Shown: one piece after another, positions 38,635 to 48,641 of the stretch | Position numbering within the stretch: the stretch's first letter is position 1 | How the letters are laid out: every line of letters begins with the position of its first letter | Assembly (NCBI GenBank): GCA_043719155.1 | Contig: JAYSUJ010000024.1 | Coordinates: 3,424 to 67,423 of the forward strand | DNA: 64,000 bases | Direction: 5' to 3' | Source of the DNA: a bacterium | Lineage (GTDB): Bacteria; Patescibacteriota; Minisyncoccia; Phycocordibacterales; UBA5272 | Translations under genes and position numbers: made by a program | Notes under the pieces: model-generated | What the model was told of the DNA's origin: nothing | The model's database searches: none | Seen by the model: only the letters and a program-made list of their open reading frames with translations

Positions 38635-39684
38635 ATGGCAAAACACGTAGTAGCAGAGGCAAGAGCTGCAGGAAAAAATATGGTTGTTAACAGTACCCCG
38701 TCACAGATAACCAGTTCTTTTAACTATGACCCCAATGCCGAAAATTTAAAACCTGCTAACAACAATCCGCCAGCCAAGAAAACTAATGCATCCAATATCT
38801 ACCCACTGATAAAAGATTCAAACCCAGAGGTGGCTCAAAAAAAAGCCCAGCAGAGAGCGGCTAGCCTCAACCCAGACAAAGCTGAAGCAGAACTCAGTAG
38901 GCAAGAAGGAAAAGAAGCTGAGCAAACATACTCCAAGGCAACTAAAAAACTTTTAGAAGGCCAGACAAAAGTAGAAAATCCGGACTCAAAGGAAGCAAGC
39001 CAAGAGGAAGAATCTGCGGAGCTGCAAAAAGTGCAAGAGGAGCAAGCAAGAGAAGAACAAGAAAAAATAAATTTATTCCTTGCTCAAGATGCTGAAAGAG
39101 CGGAAGAAGAGGAGATTGACGCCCAAGAAACAAAAATGCGCGAAATAGAAAGTAACTTGAGGCTAGCTGGTTACAAATTTACCAGAGAAGATATAGAGTT
39201 TTTCATGGCGTCCGACTTTAAAGTAAACTTTCCTGTAGGCATGACCATTACAGCTGGTGTGTCTTTTTTAACTAGTGTTTTCTTTTTTTTCACTTCCCTA
39301 GTCATGTCTGTAGGAGGCTCGTTGGCAGGCTCTCCACTTGCCTGGCTTTCTACACTTGGCTTTAGCTTGGTTGTAAAGGCAGTACTCGAAACTACCAGTC
39401 TTGGAATTTTTGTAATTGGCTACATTACTCAAACAGCCTTTAGTTTTGGAGAAATCGGGGTAATGATTTACTATTTAAAAACTGGCTCTTTAGTTGCAAG
39501 AAAAGGAAACTTGGTCAGGAAATATTTAACACGCTTGATAATTATCTGGCTGATAATTTTCTTTATTGGCTGGATCCCTGGCTTAGGCTTGATAATTTAT
39601 TTTGCAGGAGGTCGAGGAATCTGGAGACTGGTAAAACGAGAAACAAGAAAAGTTGAGAAAATAATAAAAAATGGTCTGCAGTAA
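38635..39684 (+). CDS. Hypothetical membrane protein (charged N-terminus, C-terminal TM bundle)
   Basis: Glu/Gln-rich coiled region followed by several hydrophobic helices. Confidence 0.7.
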   Translation: MAKHVVAEARAAGKNMVVNSTPSQITSSFNYDPNAENLKPANNNPPAKKTNASNIYPLIKDSNPEVAQKKAQQRAASLNPDKAEAELSRQEGKEAEQTYSKATKKLLEGQTKVENPDSKEASQEEESAELQKVQEEQAREEQEKINLFLAQDAERAEEEEIDAQETKMREIESNLRLAGYKFTREDIEFFMASDFKVNFPVGMTITAGVSFLTSVFFFFTSLVMSVGGSLAGSPLAWLSTLGFSLVVKAVLETTSLGIFVIGYITQTAFSFGEIGVMIYYLKTGSLVARKGNLVRKYLTRLIIIWLIIFFIGWIPGLGLIIYFAGGRGIWRLVKRETRKVEKIIKNGLQ

Positions 39685-39743
39685 AAACATTTTAACCATT
39701 GTAAAATATAGGATTTATGGTATAATTTTCCTATCCAAAAATT

Positions 39744-39815
39744 GCTTCCGTAGTTCAATGGATAGAACAGGAGACTTCTAAGCTCTTGATGTAGGTTCGA
39801 TTCCTGCCGGAAGCA
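39744..39815 (+). tRNA. tRNA-Arg (TCT)
   Basis: GCTTCCG/CGGAAGC acceptor stem, loop CTTCTAA, GGTTCGATTCC; TGGTATAAT promoter at 39718-39726. Confidence 0.92.
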
Positions 39816-39828
39816 CACAAAAAACGTT

Positions 39829-40248
39829 TTATCTTACTGTCGTACCCGGCTCAGGTTCCCCCACCGGACTCACCATAAACAAATTTCCAGCATCTCCACC
39901 GGCAAACAGAAGCATACCGTTACTCTCAAACCCCCGCATTTTTCTTGGTGCCAAGTTTGCCACTACGCATACATATTTACCAACAAGTTCGTCTCCTGTT
40001 TTAAAATATTCTCGTATGCCTGATAAAATAGTTCTGTATTCTGGAGACACACTTTCTTCTCCCGTTTCAGAAATTACTTGTTTTGTTTCCCCTACGTCTA
40101 CTAAAAATCTATAGAGCTTGTCAGCCCCATCTATCGTGTGACACTCTAAAATTTTGCCAATTTTAAGTTGAACTTTTGCAAAATCTTCGATACCAATAGT
40201 TTTTACAACATTCACAGTTCCTTCTTTTTTAATTTCATCTGTTTGCAT
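39829..40248 (-). CDS. Stand-alone tRNA-binding OB-fold (MetRS C-terminal/Trbp111/CsaA-like)
   Basis: DFAKVQLKIG, GADKL, RTILSGI, VANLAPRKMRGFESNGMLL. Confidence 0.9.
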   Translation of the reverse strand: MQTDEIKKEGTVNVVKTIGIEDFAKVQLKIGKILECHTIDGADKLYRFLVDVGETKQVISETGEESVSPEYRTILSGIREYFKTGDELVGKYVCVVANLAPRKMRGFESNGMLLFAGGDAGNLFMVSPVGEPEPGTTVR

Positions 40249-40265
40249 ATTTATATTATATTTTA

Positions 40266-40730
40266 TTACATGTCTTCACTATCTGCAATTCCCTGCTCAA
40301 ATTCTTCTTGCTTTTTCTTTTCCTCGTCAGTCTTCACATTCACTTTGTCTAAATATCTTTGTAAAATTAGGGCGGCTGCCCTGTCATCTATGTCTTTCTC
40401 ATTGTCCAAATATCTTGCATGCTTACTAGTTAAAAACTCTTTCTCATATTTAAATTCTATCTCCCCATTTAAAACTCTTGCCTCGTATTTTTCTTTCATC
40501 ATGTTTACAAAACTTTGAGTCTTTTCCCAAATGTGATTATGTATACCTTTAGAGTTTACACTTTCTCCAAAGATAATTCTTTCAAAAAGCACATTACTCA
40601 ACATATGGTCTAGCTCGGCCTCCAGACTTTCAGTCGGCACAATTTTTAATGGCACAGCCACTGTTCCCTTGTCGTCACTCACTGCTAGCCCACATTTTTT
40701 GGCTCCAAAGTCTACGGATAAGTATTTCAT
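40266..40730 (-). CDS. YqgF/RuvX family pre-16S rRNA nuclease
   Basis: YLSVDFGAKKCGLAVSD, EFLTS, DDRAAALILQRYLD. Confidence 0.88.
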   Translation of the reverse strand: MKYLSVDFGAKKCGLAVSDDKGTVAVPLKIVPTESLEAELDHMLSNVLFERIIFGESVNSKGIHNHIWEKTQSFVNMMKEKYEARVLNGEIEFKYEKEFLTSKHARYLDNEKDIDDRAAALILQRYLDKVNVKTDEEKKKQEEFEQGIADSEDM

Positions 40731-40801
40731 GTTATTCATTATAGCAAAGTTATTGAAAAATTAGAAATATGTGTTATAATTTTGGAGTTCTCAAAAACTC
40801 T

Positions 40802-40873
40802 GCTCGGGTAGTTCAATGGATAGAATATAGGATTGCGGTTCCTACGATACAGGTTCGATTCCTGTCTCGAGCA
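40802..40873 (+). tRNA. tRNA-Arg (GCG)
   Basis: Perfect anticodon arm TAGGA-TTGCGGT-TCCTA, GGTTCGATTCC T-arm; TGTTATAAT upstream; terminator hairpin at 40883-40920. Confidence 0.92.
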
Positions 40874-40935
40874 CAAAGGGGTGAAACAAAAAACACATAA
40901 ATTATGTGTTTTTTGTTTCGTGTTTTCAGTCAATT

Positions 40936-41124
40936 TTACACTAACTCAAAGTGTTGAGCTAAAACGTAAACACCTGAAAGTCCTACCAAAATGTATACTA
41001 GACTTTCTAAACTTGCCATTGACCCAAAAATCATACTTACCAAGTTGAAACCAACTGCGGTCAACCCCCAGTTAAGTGCGCCAATTACTACTAACCACCA
41101 AGCCACCATTCCTATTGTTTTCAT
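40936..41124 (-). CDS. DUF378 small membrane protein
   Basis: LVVIGALNWGL..FNLV...VYILVGLSG. Confidence 0.9.
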   Translation of the reverse strand: MKTIGMVAWWLVVIGALNWGLTAVGFNLVSMIFGSMASLESLVYILVGLSGVYVLAQHFELV

Positions 41125-41212
41125 ATATATATTTTTAACTAGGATTCCCCTAGTCTGTTATAAGTATAGCTATATTTTTAAAAAGTGTGCAACTAGTTAT
41201 CCCCTTTATCTT

Positions 41213-42382
41213 TTATTTAATTTTGTATTTTTTAAACTTGTAAAAATACATAACTGCCATGTTTATTGAGAAAGTTACAAGGAGCAGAATTATAAAATAC
41301 CAAAACCCAGCACTAGTAAATTTCGGCAAAGTATCCCTGGTCATGTAGTTGACTATTCCTGCTACTACCCCAATTGTAGTTATAAGTGTCAGTGACGAGA
41401 TAGAAGACTTGGTACTTTCAGTCTGTAAAACTCCCAGCATCTCATTGGCAGAGTTTAAATAGTTTTTAGTCATGGACCAAAGGCTTTTTACATAGTCATG
41501 AGTATCTAAAAGAGTTTCAAATTTGTATTGAAAAAGAGGGTGGAGATTTTTATAATCGTCGCCAAGATTGGTGAGTTTTTGTCTGGTTTTCAGGTAAACC
41601 GGCATTTGGTTTATCCTTGCTTCTATCAGGTTTATCGTTTTTTGCTCTTGCTGCAATTCTTCTCTTGTCTTAAAGATTTCATCTCCCCTTAAATAATCTT
41701 TACTTTTAATTATATTAATTTTTTCCCAAATCTCTCTGTGTATGTGTAAATATCTAGCCATCTGAGCTTTAAATTCCCTAAAGAAAATTTCAGTCTCGGC
41801 AAACAAGTTAAATACTTTATCATTTGGTAAATTTTCTAAGATCATTATTTTTTTACCTTTGTAAATCCCAACTTTTTCTACTACAATTTTAGAACTTATC
41901 TCATCCTCCAGCTTTTCGAACACTTCTAAAATATCTGCCATCGCCCCAGCTTCTACATTCAAAATAAATGGGTAGATATTTTCTATCTTAGCCAACTCTT
42001 TTGGTACTGGTGCACCTCTGGAAAATAAATATGAAAAAGCTGTCGCTAGCTTTGTTTCATAAAAGTTTTTTATTTTTTCTATTTCTTTTACTAAATCTAG
42101 TAAATCATTTTTTTTATCGTTTTTTTCTATATTTACTTTTAGAGTTATCAGGCCATCTTCAAATATATTTAAAGAAAAGCTACCTTCCAAAACTATATCC
42201 AAATATTCCATTTCTGCCACAACTCTTTCACAACTTTTTACCTTTAAATTCTTAAGGTTTTTTGTTACAACTTTTTTATCTAGACCAAGCAAATCTTTAC
42301 CAGACAAAAAATTTTGCATTTCTGTCAAATGCAGAGTTGTCCTTTGAAACCAACCACCTATGGTTACAGATTTTATTTTCAC
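41213..42382 (-). CDS. Hypothetical protein with long helical domain and two C-terminal TMs (CorA-like topology, no GMN motif)
   Basis: GGWFQRTTLHL N-terminus; two hydrophobic helices at the C-terminus. Confidence 0.65.
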   Translation of the reverse strand: MKIKSVTIGGWFQRTTLHLTEMQNFLSGKDLLGLDKKVVTKNLKNLKVKSCERVVAEMEYLDIVLEGSFSLNIFEDGLITLKVNIEKNDKKNDLLDLVKEIEKIKNFYETKLATAFSYLFSRGAPVPKELAKIENIYPFILNVEAGAMADILEVFEKLEDEISSKIVVEKVGIYKGKKIMILENLPNDKVFNLFAETEIFFREFKAQMARYLHIHREIWEKINIIKSKDYLRGDEIFKTREELQQEQKTINLIEARINQMPVYLKTRQKLTNLGDDYKNLHPLFQYKFETLLDTHDYVKSLWSMTKNYLNSANEMLGVLQTESTKSSISSLTLITTIGVVAGIVNYMTRDTLPKFTSAGFWYFIILLLVTFSINMAVMYFYKFKKYKIK

Positions 42383-42409
42383 TAAAAAAGTTTAACACAA
42401 CTTTTTGTT

Positions 42410-43189
42410 TTAACTACGCAGTTTCCAACCAGTTTGAAATATGTATATTGTTAGACCCAAGAAAAGTGCAGCTATAGTACCCAAAACTACAATACCTAAA
42501 AGTAGTGAAGCGTCATGGTAACCAGTCAAGGCATATCGTATACCGTCTGTGGCGTAAAAAAGTGGGTTAAAGTGAATCAGAAAACGCAAGTTTTCAGGCA
42601 GCATCGACACCGAGTAAAACGCTCCACCAAGAAAAGACATGGGAGTAATAATAAAATTTTGAGCTAGGCCCATTTTCTCAAAACTGTTGTCCGCCCAGAT
42701 GCCTACAACTAAGCCCATAATCCCAAAAACAAAAGATATAAGCAAAACATAAAACAAAAGCATAAACGGGTGCGCAATAGCGTTTACCCCAAACATCAAA
42801 CCTACAATGGAAAGGGCTAACATAATACAAATACCTCTGAATAAACCATTAGCCACCAGAGAGAGCACCAGTTCAACATAAGAAATTGGGTAAGTTAAAA
42901 AATCTTCTATAGTTTTACCAAATTTCATAAAGTAAATTGAAAAACTAGTGGCCCCAAAAACTGACATAATTAAGTTCATGGCAAAAATACCTGGGAAAAC
43001 GAAAGAAATATATTTTATGCCCTCGATACTTTCTATTTTGCTGCCCACCACATAACCAAAGATAAATATATACAGTGAGGCAGTAACAAAAGGAGCTATT
43101 AGAGCTTGACCTAAAACTCTTTTATTTCTAGCTACTTCTCTTTCTATCAGTGTGAAAAAAGGAATCAGTCTGGTTATTATTTTTTGCAT
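42410..43189 (-). CDS. ABC-2 type transporter permease (YadH-like)
   Basis: LYIFIFG, YISFVFPG, PMSFLGGAFYS..MLP, NPLFY..DGIRY. Confidence 0.92.
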   Translation of the reverse strand: MQKIITRLIPFFTLIEREVARNKRVLGQALIAPFVTASLYIFIFGYVVGSKIESIEGIKYISFVFPGIFAMNLIMSVFGATSFSIYFMKFGKTIEDFLTYPISYVELVLSLVANGLFRGICIMLALSIVGLMFGVNAIAHPFMLLFYVLLISFVFGIMGLVVGIWADNSFEKMGLAQNFIITPMSFLGGAFYSVSMLPENLRFLIHFNPLFYATDGIRYALTGYHDASLLLGIVVLGTIAALFLGLTIYIFQTGWKLRS

Positions 43190-43219
43190 ATTTTTTATAT
43201 TTTAATTAGTAATTGTAAT

Positions 43220-43927
43220 TTAAGAAAACATTTTTATTTGATTAATGTAATCACTAACTTTTTCAAGAGTTTCCGACACTGTTAAAACTTCGTTATCAAT
43301 ATAATACCCTTCTTTTACATTATCAACCATACTAAAAACAAATTCAGCAGACTCCTTCCCGAAAACTTTTTCTCTTTTTGAGTCTCTCTCAATACACACC
43401 TTAAGTGAGCTAAACAAAGTAATAAAAAGTACGTTACCCCTAAACTTAGATTTCAAATCTTCCACTTGGTCTTTGTAATAAAAACAACCACACAGTAAAT
43501 TTATTTTATCTGACACACAACTTTTAAAAACTATTTCATTGGATTTTATAAAATTTTCTAAAGGAATGCCATCGTTCGCACTTAAATTATTATCGTCAAT
43601 AATTTTATCCAAAGACAAATAATTATAAACTAGACTGTTTGCGAGCAGCTTTGAAATTGTGGTTTTCCCAACTCCTAATGGTCCACGGATAACTATCAAT
43701 TTTTTACTTGACAGATCTTGGGTAGGTGTTATACTTTCTATACTAACGCCAAATGGCGCCTGAGAAACCCCGTGTAAAAACGGGGTTTCGTCTTTATGTA
43801 AAATTACCCTATTAACTTGAGCAACTAATTTCAAAAACTCATCTTCCGATTGTTTTTTAACACAGTTCCAATCATCGAAGTTTTTGCTAATGTCTTTTTG
43901 TCCTAAAGGGACTTGGTTTCCATGCAT
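43220..43927 (-). CDS. P-loop nucleotide kinase-like (AAA_33-type) protein with unrelated N-terminal extension
   Basis: IVIRGPLGVGKTT Walker A and CIERDSKRE lid motif. Confidence 0.75.
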   Translation of the reverse strand: MHGNQVPLGQKDISKNFDDWNCVKKQSEDEFLKLVAQVNRVILHKDETPFLHGVSQAPFGVSIESITPTQDLSSKKLIVIRGPLGVGKTTISKLLANSLVYNYLSLDKIIDDNNLSANDGIPLENFIKSNEIVFKSCVSDKINLLCGCFYYKDQVEDLKSKFRGNVLFITLFSSLKVCIERDSKREKVFGKESAEFVFSMVDNVKEGYYIDNEVLTVSETLEKVSDYINQIKMFS

Positions 43928-43934
43928 AAAAAAA

Positions 43935-44663
43935 TTATTTCTGGGTTATCTCCAAATACTTATCCTGCAATTTTCCATTCTCCATTGCTGTTTTAATACT
44001 TTCGTCATAAACAATTTCGCCCCCCTTTATTATGACTACTCTTTCACACATTTCCTCTATCTCCTCCAAATAATGTGAAGTGAGGATAATAGTCTTACCT
44101 TCTTTGTGTAAATCTTTTAAATATTTCCAAATAGCTTGCCTAGTTTCTACATCTACCCCCGCAGTTGGTTCATCTAAGATAATTATTTCAGGGTGATGTA
44201 TCAAGGCTTTGGCAACAACAGTACGACGTTTTAAACCTCCGGAAAGGAAGTTGAACTTTTTCTTTCTATGTTCTTGCAAACCAAAGGCTGTCAACATATC
44301 CTCCACCCTTTTCTTTCTCTCCTCACCGACAATACTGAAAAACCCAGCCTGATAGTACAGGACGTCTTCCACCAAAGCAAAGAAATCTATATTGAACTCT
44401 TGGGGTGACAAACCTATTTTAGTTCTAGCTTGTTTATAGTCCTGTACCACATCATGTCCGAAAACTTTTATACTTCCACTTGTCGGCTCGGAAACTCCAG
44501 TTATACAGTGTATGGTTGTGGACTTGCCAGCCCCATTTGGACCCAGAATCCCTACAAACTCACCTTTTTTTATTTCTAAAGACAAGCCTCTGATGGCCAA
44601 TTTTTCATCTTTTGTTCCCGCTTTATATACTTTTACTAAATTCTCAACTTTTATGGCAGACAT
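43935..44663 (-). CDS. ABC transporter ATP-binding protein (YadG-like)
   Basis: GPNGAGKST, LSGG, ILDEPTAGVD, LTSHY. Confidence 0.95.
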   Translation of the reverse strand: MSAIKVENLVKVYKAGTKDEKLAIRGLSLEIKKGEFVGILGPNGAGKSTTIHCITGVSEPTSGSIKVFGHDVVQDYKQARTKIGLSPQEFNIDFFALVEDVLYYQAGFFSIVGEERKKRVEDMLTAFGLQEHRKKKFNFLSGGLKRRTVVAKALIHHPEIIILDEPTAGVDVETRQAIWKYLKDLHKEGKTIILTSHYLEEIEEMCERVVIIKGGEIVYDESIKTAMENGKLQDKYLEITQK

Positions 44664-44666
44664 ATT

Positions 44667-45185
44667 TTAACCCTGCTTCATTTCCATTTTACCTATAAAG
44701 TCCATTTTACCAATTTTAACCCCCTTGTTTCTTAAGATATTGTAAGCTGTAGAAAGGTGGAAAAGTGAGTTTTGAAAAATAAAGTTCTCCAAATATTCTG
44801 GACCTTCAAAATACATACCACTTGGCATCCAGCCCATAGATATTCTCCTATTTTCAATATCTTCAACTTTTTCTATATCCATACTTTGTAAAAATTCTTT
44901 TGTTTTCTTTATTCTTTCTTTTAGTTCTAAAATTGTCTTTTCACTGTCCTCAAACTTCGGTGCGTCTACCCCAGCAAGTCTAGCTACACCCCCTTTGGCA
45001 TTGTCAGAAAAAATTTGTACTTGTCTTTTAAAATCATACATATCAGGTGCCAGTCGTGCCGACAATATCTCCTCCTCACCTACCCCACTTTCCGCCAAAT
45101 ACCCTTCGGCTTTTTCAAGTAAATTGTTCATGTTGTCACAAGCTCGTAGCATCATTTTGTAAAAAAGTTCGTATTTATTTTTCAT
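44667..45185 (-). CDS. DUF1993 (DinB-like) protein
   Basis: ARLAPDM, QVQIFSD.AK, FHLSTAYNILR..GV.IGKMDF. Confidence 0.9.
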   Translation of the reverse strand: MKNKYELFYKMMLRACDNMNNLLEKAEGYLAESGVGEEEILSARLAPDMYDFKRQVQIFSDNAKGGVARLAGVDAPKFEDSEKTILELKERIKKTKEFLQSMDIEKVEDIENRRISMGWMPSGMYFEGPEYLENFIFQNSLFHLSTAYNILRNKGVKIGKMDFIGKMEMKQG

Positions 45186-45227
45186 ATATTTTATTGTAGG
45201 TTTAGTATAGCAGACCCGTCAAGAGGA

Positions 45228-47048
45228 CTATATAAAAATCCTATAGACTTTTAAATCCTCATACTTGTATTTTTCCTTTAGTTCTTTGAATACAGGCGCG
45301 AGTTTTACATTTCCCTCTTCATCTTTTTTTAAAATGTTTTTCTTAAATGCTTTTTTAACTTCATTTGGTACAGAAAAAATATTTACATGTTTGTAGTTTT
45401 CATCATTTTCTAGAATTTTAGACACCTCTGCCTTTGTAACTTTTTTATTTTTAAAAAGTTCTTCAACATGTTTTAAGATACTCTCAAATTTCATATCTCG
45501 CATCTCACATATTTCAGATATACTTTTTTCAAATTTAACAAGCTCCAAAGTTTGTTCCTGGGTACTTTTTTCAACTACTCTTATCTTTTTCTCTACTCCT
45601 CCATCCCAGACACCACCACAATCGTCTATAAATTTTTTCTGAGTTTTTTCAAGTTTTTTTAAATCAGCTTTTAAAAACTTTTCCTGAATAAACCTAGAAT
45701 CTTTACGTATCTTTTCATCAAATTCACAAATGTTTTGATTGACTTGTAAACTTTTAGGATTATAGCTTTTTAAGTAAAGCCCATCCAGACTACGCAAACG
45801 TGACAGTGCCACATAACCCTGACCAAACTCAAACGTCTCACCAAGATTAATAATAGCCTCGTCCAAACTCATACCCTGACTTTTGTGAACCGTGATAGCC
45901 CAAGCTAATCGTAGTGGGTACTGAGAGAGTCTAGCCTTTACCTTGCCGTCATCCTCCAGTTTCCACTCTTCTTGTTTTACCTCTATTGTTTTACCAAAAC
46001 TTTTTTCAACAACAATTCGAAATGGCTCTAGCTCCACAACTTTGCCCATAGTCCCATTTACGTATTCACCCTCCAAAGAATTTTTAGTAAACATAACTTT
46101 GGCTCCAACTTTCAACTTTAAAATCTCTGGACTTAGACAATTTCGTATCAATCCTTCTAAGGGTTTAGAGCTGCCAATTGTCACCATTTTATAGACAAAT
46201 TCCCTTTCCGTAATTAAGTTTAGCTTCAAATTGTTTATCTCATCGACATTTTTATTATGTGAATGTAGCTCTAAAATATCCAAGTTTTTTTCTGTTACGA
46301 TGTCTTTATTGTCTTTATCTTTTTTGCTTATTTCGTCCTCTTCCAATACCACCAACTCCTCCTCGTACTCACCCTCGTCTAAAACTTTTTTTTCTTCCTT
46401 TAGTCCAAGCTTTTTAAAAGTTTTCTTTTTTACCTCTTCTAAAATCTCTACGTGCATTTCATCGATAGTATTTTCTCGTATAGCCAAAAGTAATTTAGTA
46501 AAAGTTTCATCTGTCTGTCTAAATTGTTCTTCTAAATAGCAAGTTAGTGGCCTTGCCTCTTTCCAAGCTGCTCCCATAAAAGCAAAAAACTTTCTCTCTT
46601 CACCCTTTTTCATAATCGGTGGTAGTTGAAAAAAATCTCCAACAAAAATAATTTGCACCCCACCAAAAGGCTTGGTTGGGTCTTTTATACCCTTTAAAAC
46701 AAAATTTACATTGTCCAAAGTTTGGGCATCCAACATGGATATTTCATCTATGATCAAGACTTTAGTATTCTGAATTTTCTTGACCAATTTTTCCCTCTCC
46801 ATTATTTTATCCAACTTGTATTCATCTATTTCCTTTTCAATACCAATACCAGAAAAACTATGAATAGTAGAGCCACCAATGTGAGTAGAGGCTATACCTG
46901 TAGATGCGGTAATAGCCGGGTAAACACCTTTGTCTTCTAAATATTTGACATACTGATTTATAACATAAGTCTTTCCTGCCCCTGGAACACCAGTTAAAAA
47001 AACATTGGAGCCAGTTTTTAAAATTTCCAAGGCCTCGGTTTGTAACAT
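45228..47048 (-). CDS. PIF1-family DNA helicase with C-terminal HTH
   Basis: TGVPGAGKT, TIHSFSGIG, IIDEISM, GDFFQLPP, LAWAITVHKSQGMSLD, GQGYVALSR. Confidence 0.93.
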   Translation of the reverse strand: MLQTEALEILKTGSNVFLTGVPGAGKTYVINQYVKYLEDKGVYPAITASTGIASTHIGGSTIHSFSGIGIEKEIDEYKLDKIMEREKLVKKIQNTKVLIIDEISMLDAQTLDNVNFVLKGIKDPTKPFGGVQIIFVGDFFQLPPIMKKGEERKFFAFMGAAWKEARPLTCYLEEQFRQTDETFTKLLLAIRENTIDEMHVEILEEVKKKTFKKLGLKEEKKVLDEGEYEEELVVLEEDEISKKDKDNKDIVTEKNLDILELHSHNKNVDEINNLKLNLITEREFVYKMVTIGSSKPLEGLIRNCLSPEILKLKVGAKVMFTKNSLEGEYVNGTMGKVVELEPFRIVVEKSFGKTIEVKQEEWKLEDDGKVKARLSQYPLRLAWAITVHKSQGMSLDEAIINLGETFEFGQGYVALSRLRSLDGLYLKSYNPKSLQVNQNICEFDEKIRKDSRFIQEKFLKADLKKLEKTQKKFIDDCGGVWDGGVEKKIRVVEKSTQEQTLELVKFEKSISEICEMRDMKFESILKHVEELFKNKKVTKAEVSKILENDENYKHVNIFSVPNEVKKAFKKNILKKDEEGNVKLAPVFKELKEKYKYEDLKVYRIFI

Positions 47049-47075
47049 ACTATTTTCTTTTAGAATTATAGCATT

Positions 47076-48641
47076 TTAAACAAAGCCAGGGAAAAAGTCT
47101 ATTTTTATATTTCTGCTTGGCACACCCAAATCTTTTAGGATTTTTTCAAATCCAAAAACCATACTGTGTGGCCCAGAAATGTAGAAGCACCTTTCCTTAA
47201 AGTCTGGCACTTCTTTTTGTAACAAGTTTTTATCTATAAATCCAAATCTAAAGTCCTGATAATTTAAAACACTCTCCTCTACTTTTTGACCAACGTCAGT
47301 CACAGTATAAATAGTTTTAATATTTAATTTTTCTTTAGCTTCATCAAAAATATTCTTATAAGCAATGTCATCTATAGTTTTGTTAGAATAAAAATGAACA
47401 ATATCTCTTTTAGAATTTGTATCCAAGCAAAACTTAATCATGCTGCGAAAAGGGGTAACCCCGATACCTCCCGCTATAAAAACTAACTTTTGTTTTTTAT
47501 TTTTAGGTAAAGTGAATTCTCCCGCAATCTTAGATGCCGACACAGTATCGCCAGTTTTAAGTGCTAATAAATCTCGCTTGAACGTACTCGGTTCTGGGTA
47601 ATATTTTACTCCGAGTTTTATTTCTTTTTCTGTTGGAGATGATGCAACTGTGAAATATCTTCTATTCCCCCTACTGTCTGACAAATTATCTTGTACAGTA
47701 AACTCCATATATTGCCCTGCTTTGAAATTCATCTTCTTGTCTTTTTTAAAAACAAATTCGAAAACATCTTCAGCAACCTTATTTACCTCTTTCAAAGTTA
47801 GGGAGAGCCTGATTTTAGGACTAGCCAAGTATGAGAATAAATTACCCAGCACCAAAGCCAGTTCAGGTGTAGAGTAGAAGCTGCCAAAATGAATGAGTGG
47901 AGAAAACAACGCACCTACTATTGCCCCATAAATTATTCTTGTAATCCTTTTCGGAGGAGTTGTAAGTGGCTCGGTCAGCATAAATAAGGCAAAAAATAAA
48001 ATGGGTGACAGTAAAAAAATATTTAAAGTGTAGCTGAAGACGTTTTGCTGATTGGTATAAAAAATACAAATGAAAATTGTTTCTAAAATAAATATAGTTA
48101 GGAAAGAAAATATAAGATCGAACCTTTGTGTCTTTCTGACAATCAATAGGCCAGTAATAAAAACTGCTGGCAGTAAATATATGTTGCCCACCCACCAACT
48201 CGCCGATAAGTTTAAAAAGAGCGCCGTCAAAACTATCGAGACAGCAACGGGATTGAAGATATGTTTAGAGAAAATTGCCAAGATATATTTGCTAGCCTGT
48301 GCTAAAACAGAGGCCCAAAAAGCTATGACAAAAAATGTTTCTGCAGTCTTATCTGTAAAAGGGTTGATAAGCAAGACCAAAATAAGTGCCGTGATGTAGA
48401 CAGACTCTAGGTTAGCTGGGACTTTAAAAACAAAAGCAAAAACTTTGTTGGTTATTGCAGAAACCGCAAGAATGAAAAAAGTAGAAAATAAAAGAGAGAC
48501 TGGATTAAAACTTAATAGACCAAAAAAACTTAGCCCAAGTGCGTTAAGCCAAATTAAAAGCAATGCGTACAAAACCAATTTATACATCGTTATCTTATTT
48601 AAAAAATCATCGATCTTATTTAACATATTTTTGAAAACCAC
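47076..48641 (-). CDS. RnfD/NqrB-like membrane domain fused to FNR-type FAD/NAD(P)H oxidoreductase
   Basis: KHIFNP and FMLTEPLTTP in the TM part; RYFTVASSP, IAGGIGVTPFRSM, YISGP in the C-terminal part. Confidence 0.88.
   Translation of the reverse strand: MVFKNMLNKIDDFLNKITMYKLVLYALLLIWLNALGLSFFGLLSFNPVSLLFSTFFILAVSAITNKVFAFVFKVPANLESVYITALILVLLINPFTDKTAETFFVIAFWASVLAQASKYILAIFSKHIFNPVAVSIVLTALFLNLSASWWVGNIYLLPAVFITGLLIVRKTQRFDLIFSFLTIFILETIFICIFYTNQQNVFSYTLNIFLLSPILFFALFMLTEPLTTPPKRITRIIYGAIVGALFSPLIHFGSFYSTPELALVLGNLFSYLASPKIRLSLTLKEVNKVAEDVFEFVFKKDKKMNFKAGQYMEFTVQDNLSDSRGNRRYFTVASSPTEKEIKLGVKYYPEPSTFKRDLLALKTGDTVSASKIAGEFTLPKNKKQKLVFIAGGIGVTPFRSMIKFCLDTNSKRDIVHFYSNKTIDDIAYKNIFDEAKEKLNIKTIYTVTDVGQKVEESVLNYQDFRFGFIDKNLLQKEVPDFKERCFYISGPHSMVFGFEKILKDLGVPSRNIKIDFFPGFV

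Noticed and set aside
41213-42382. CorA magnesium transporter call
   Set aside because: Topology is similar but the GMN signature is absent; left as hypothetical.
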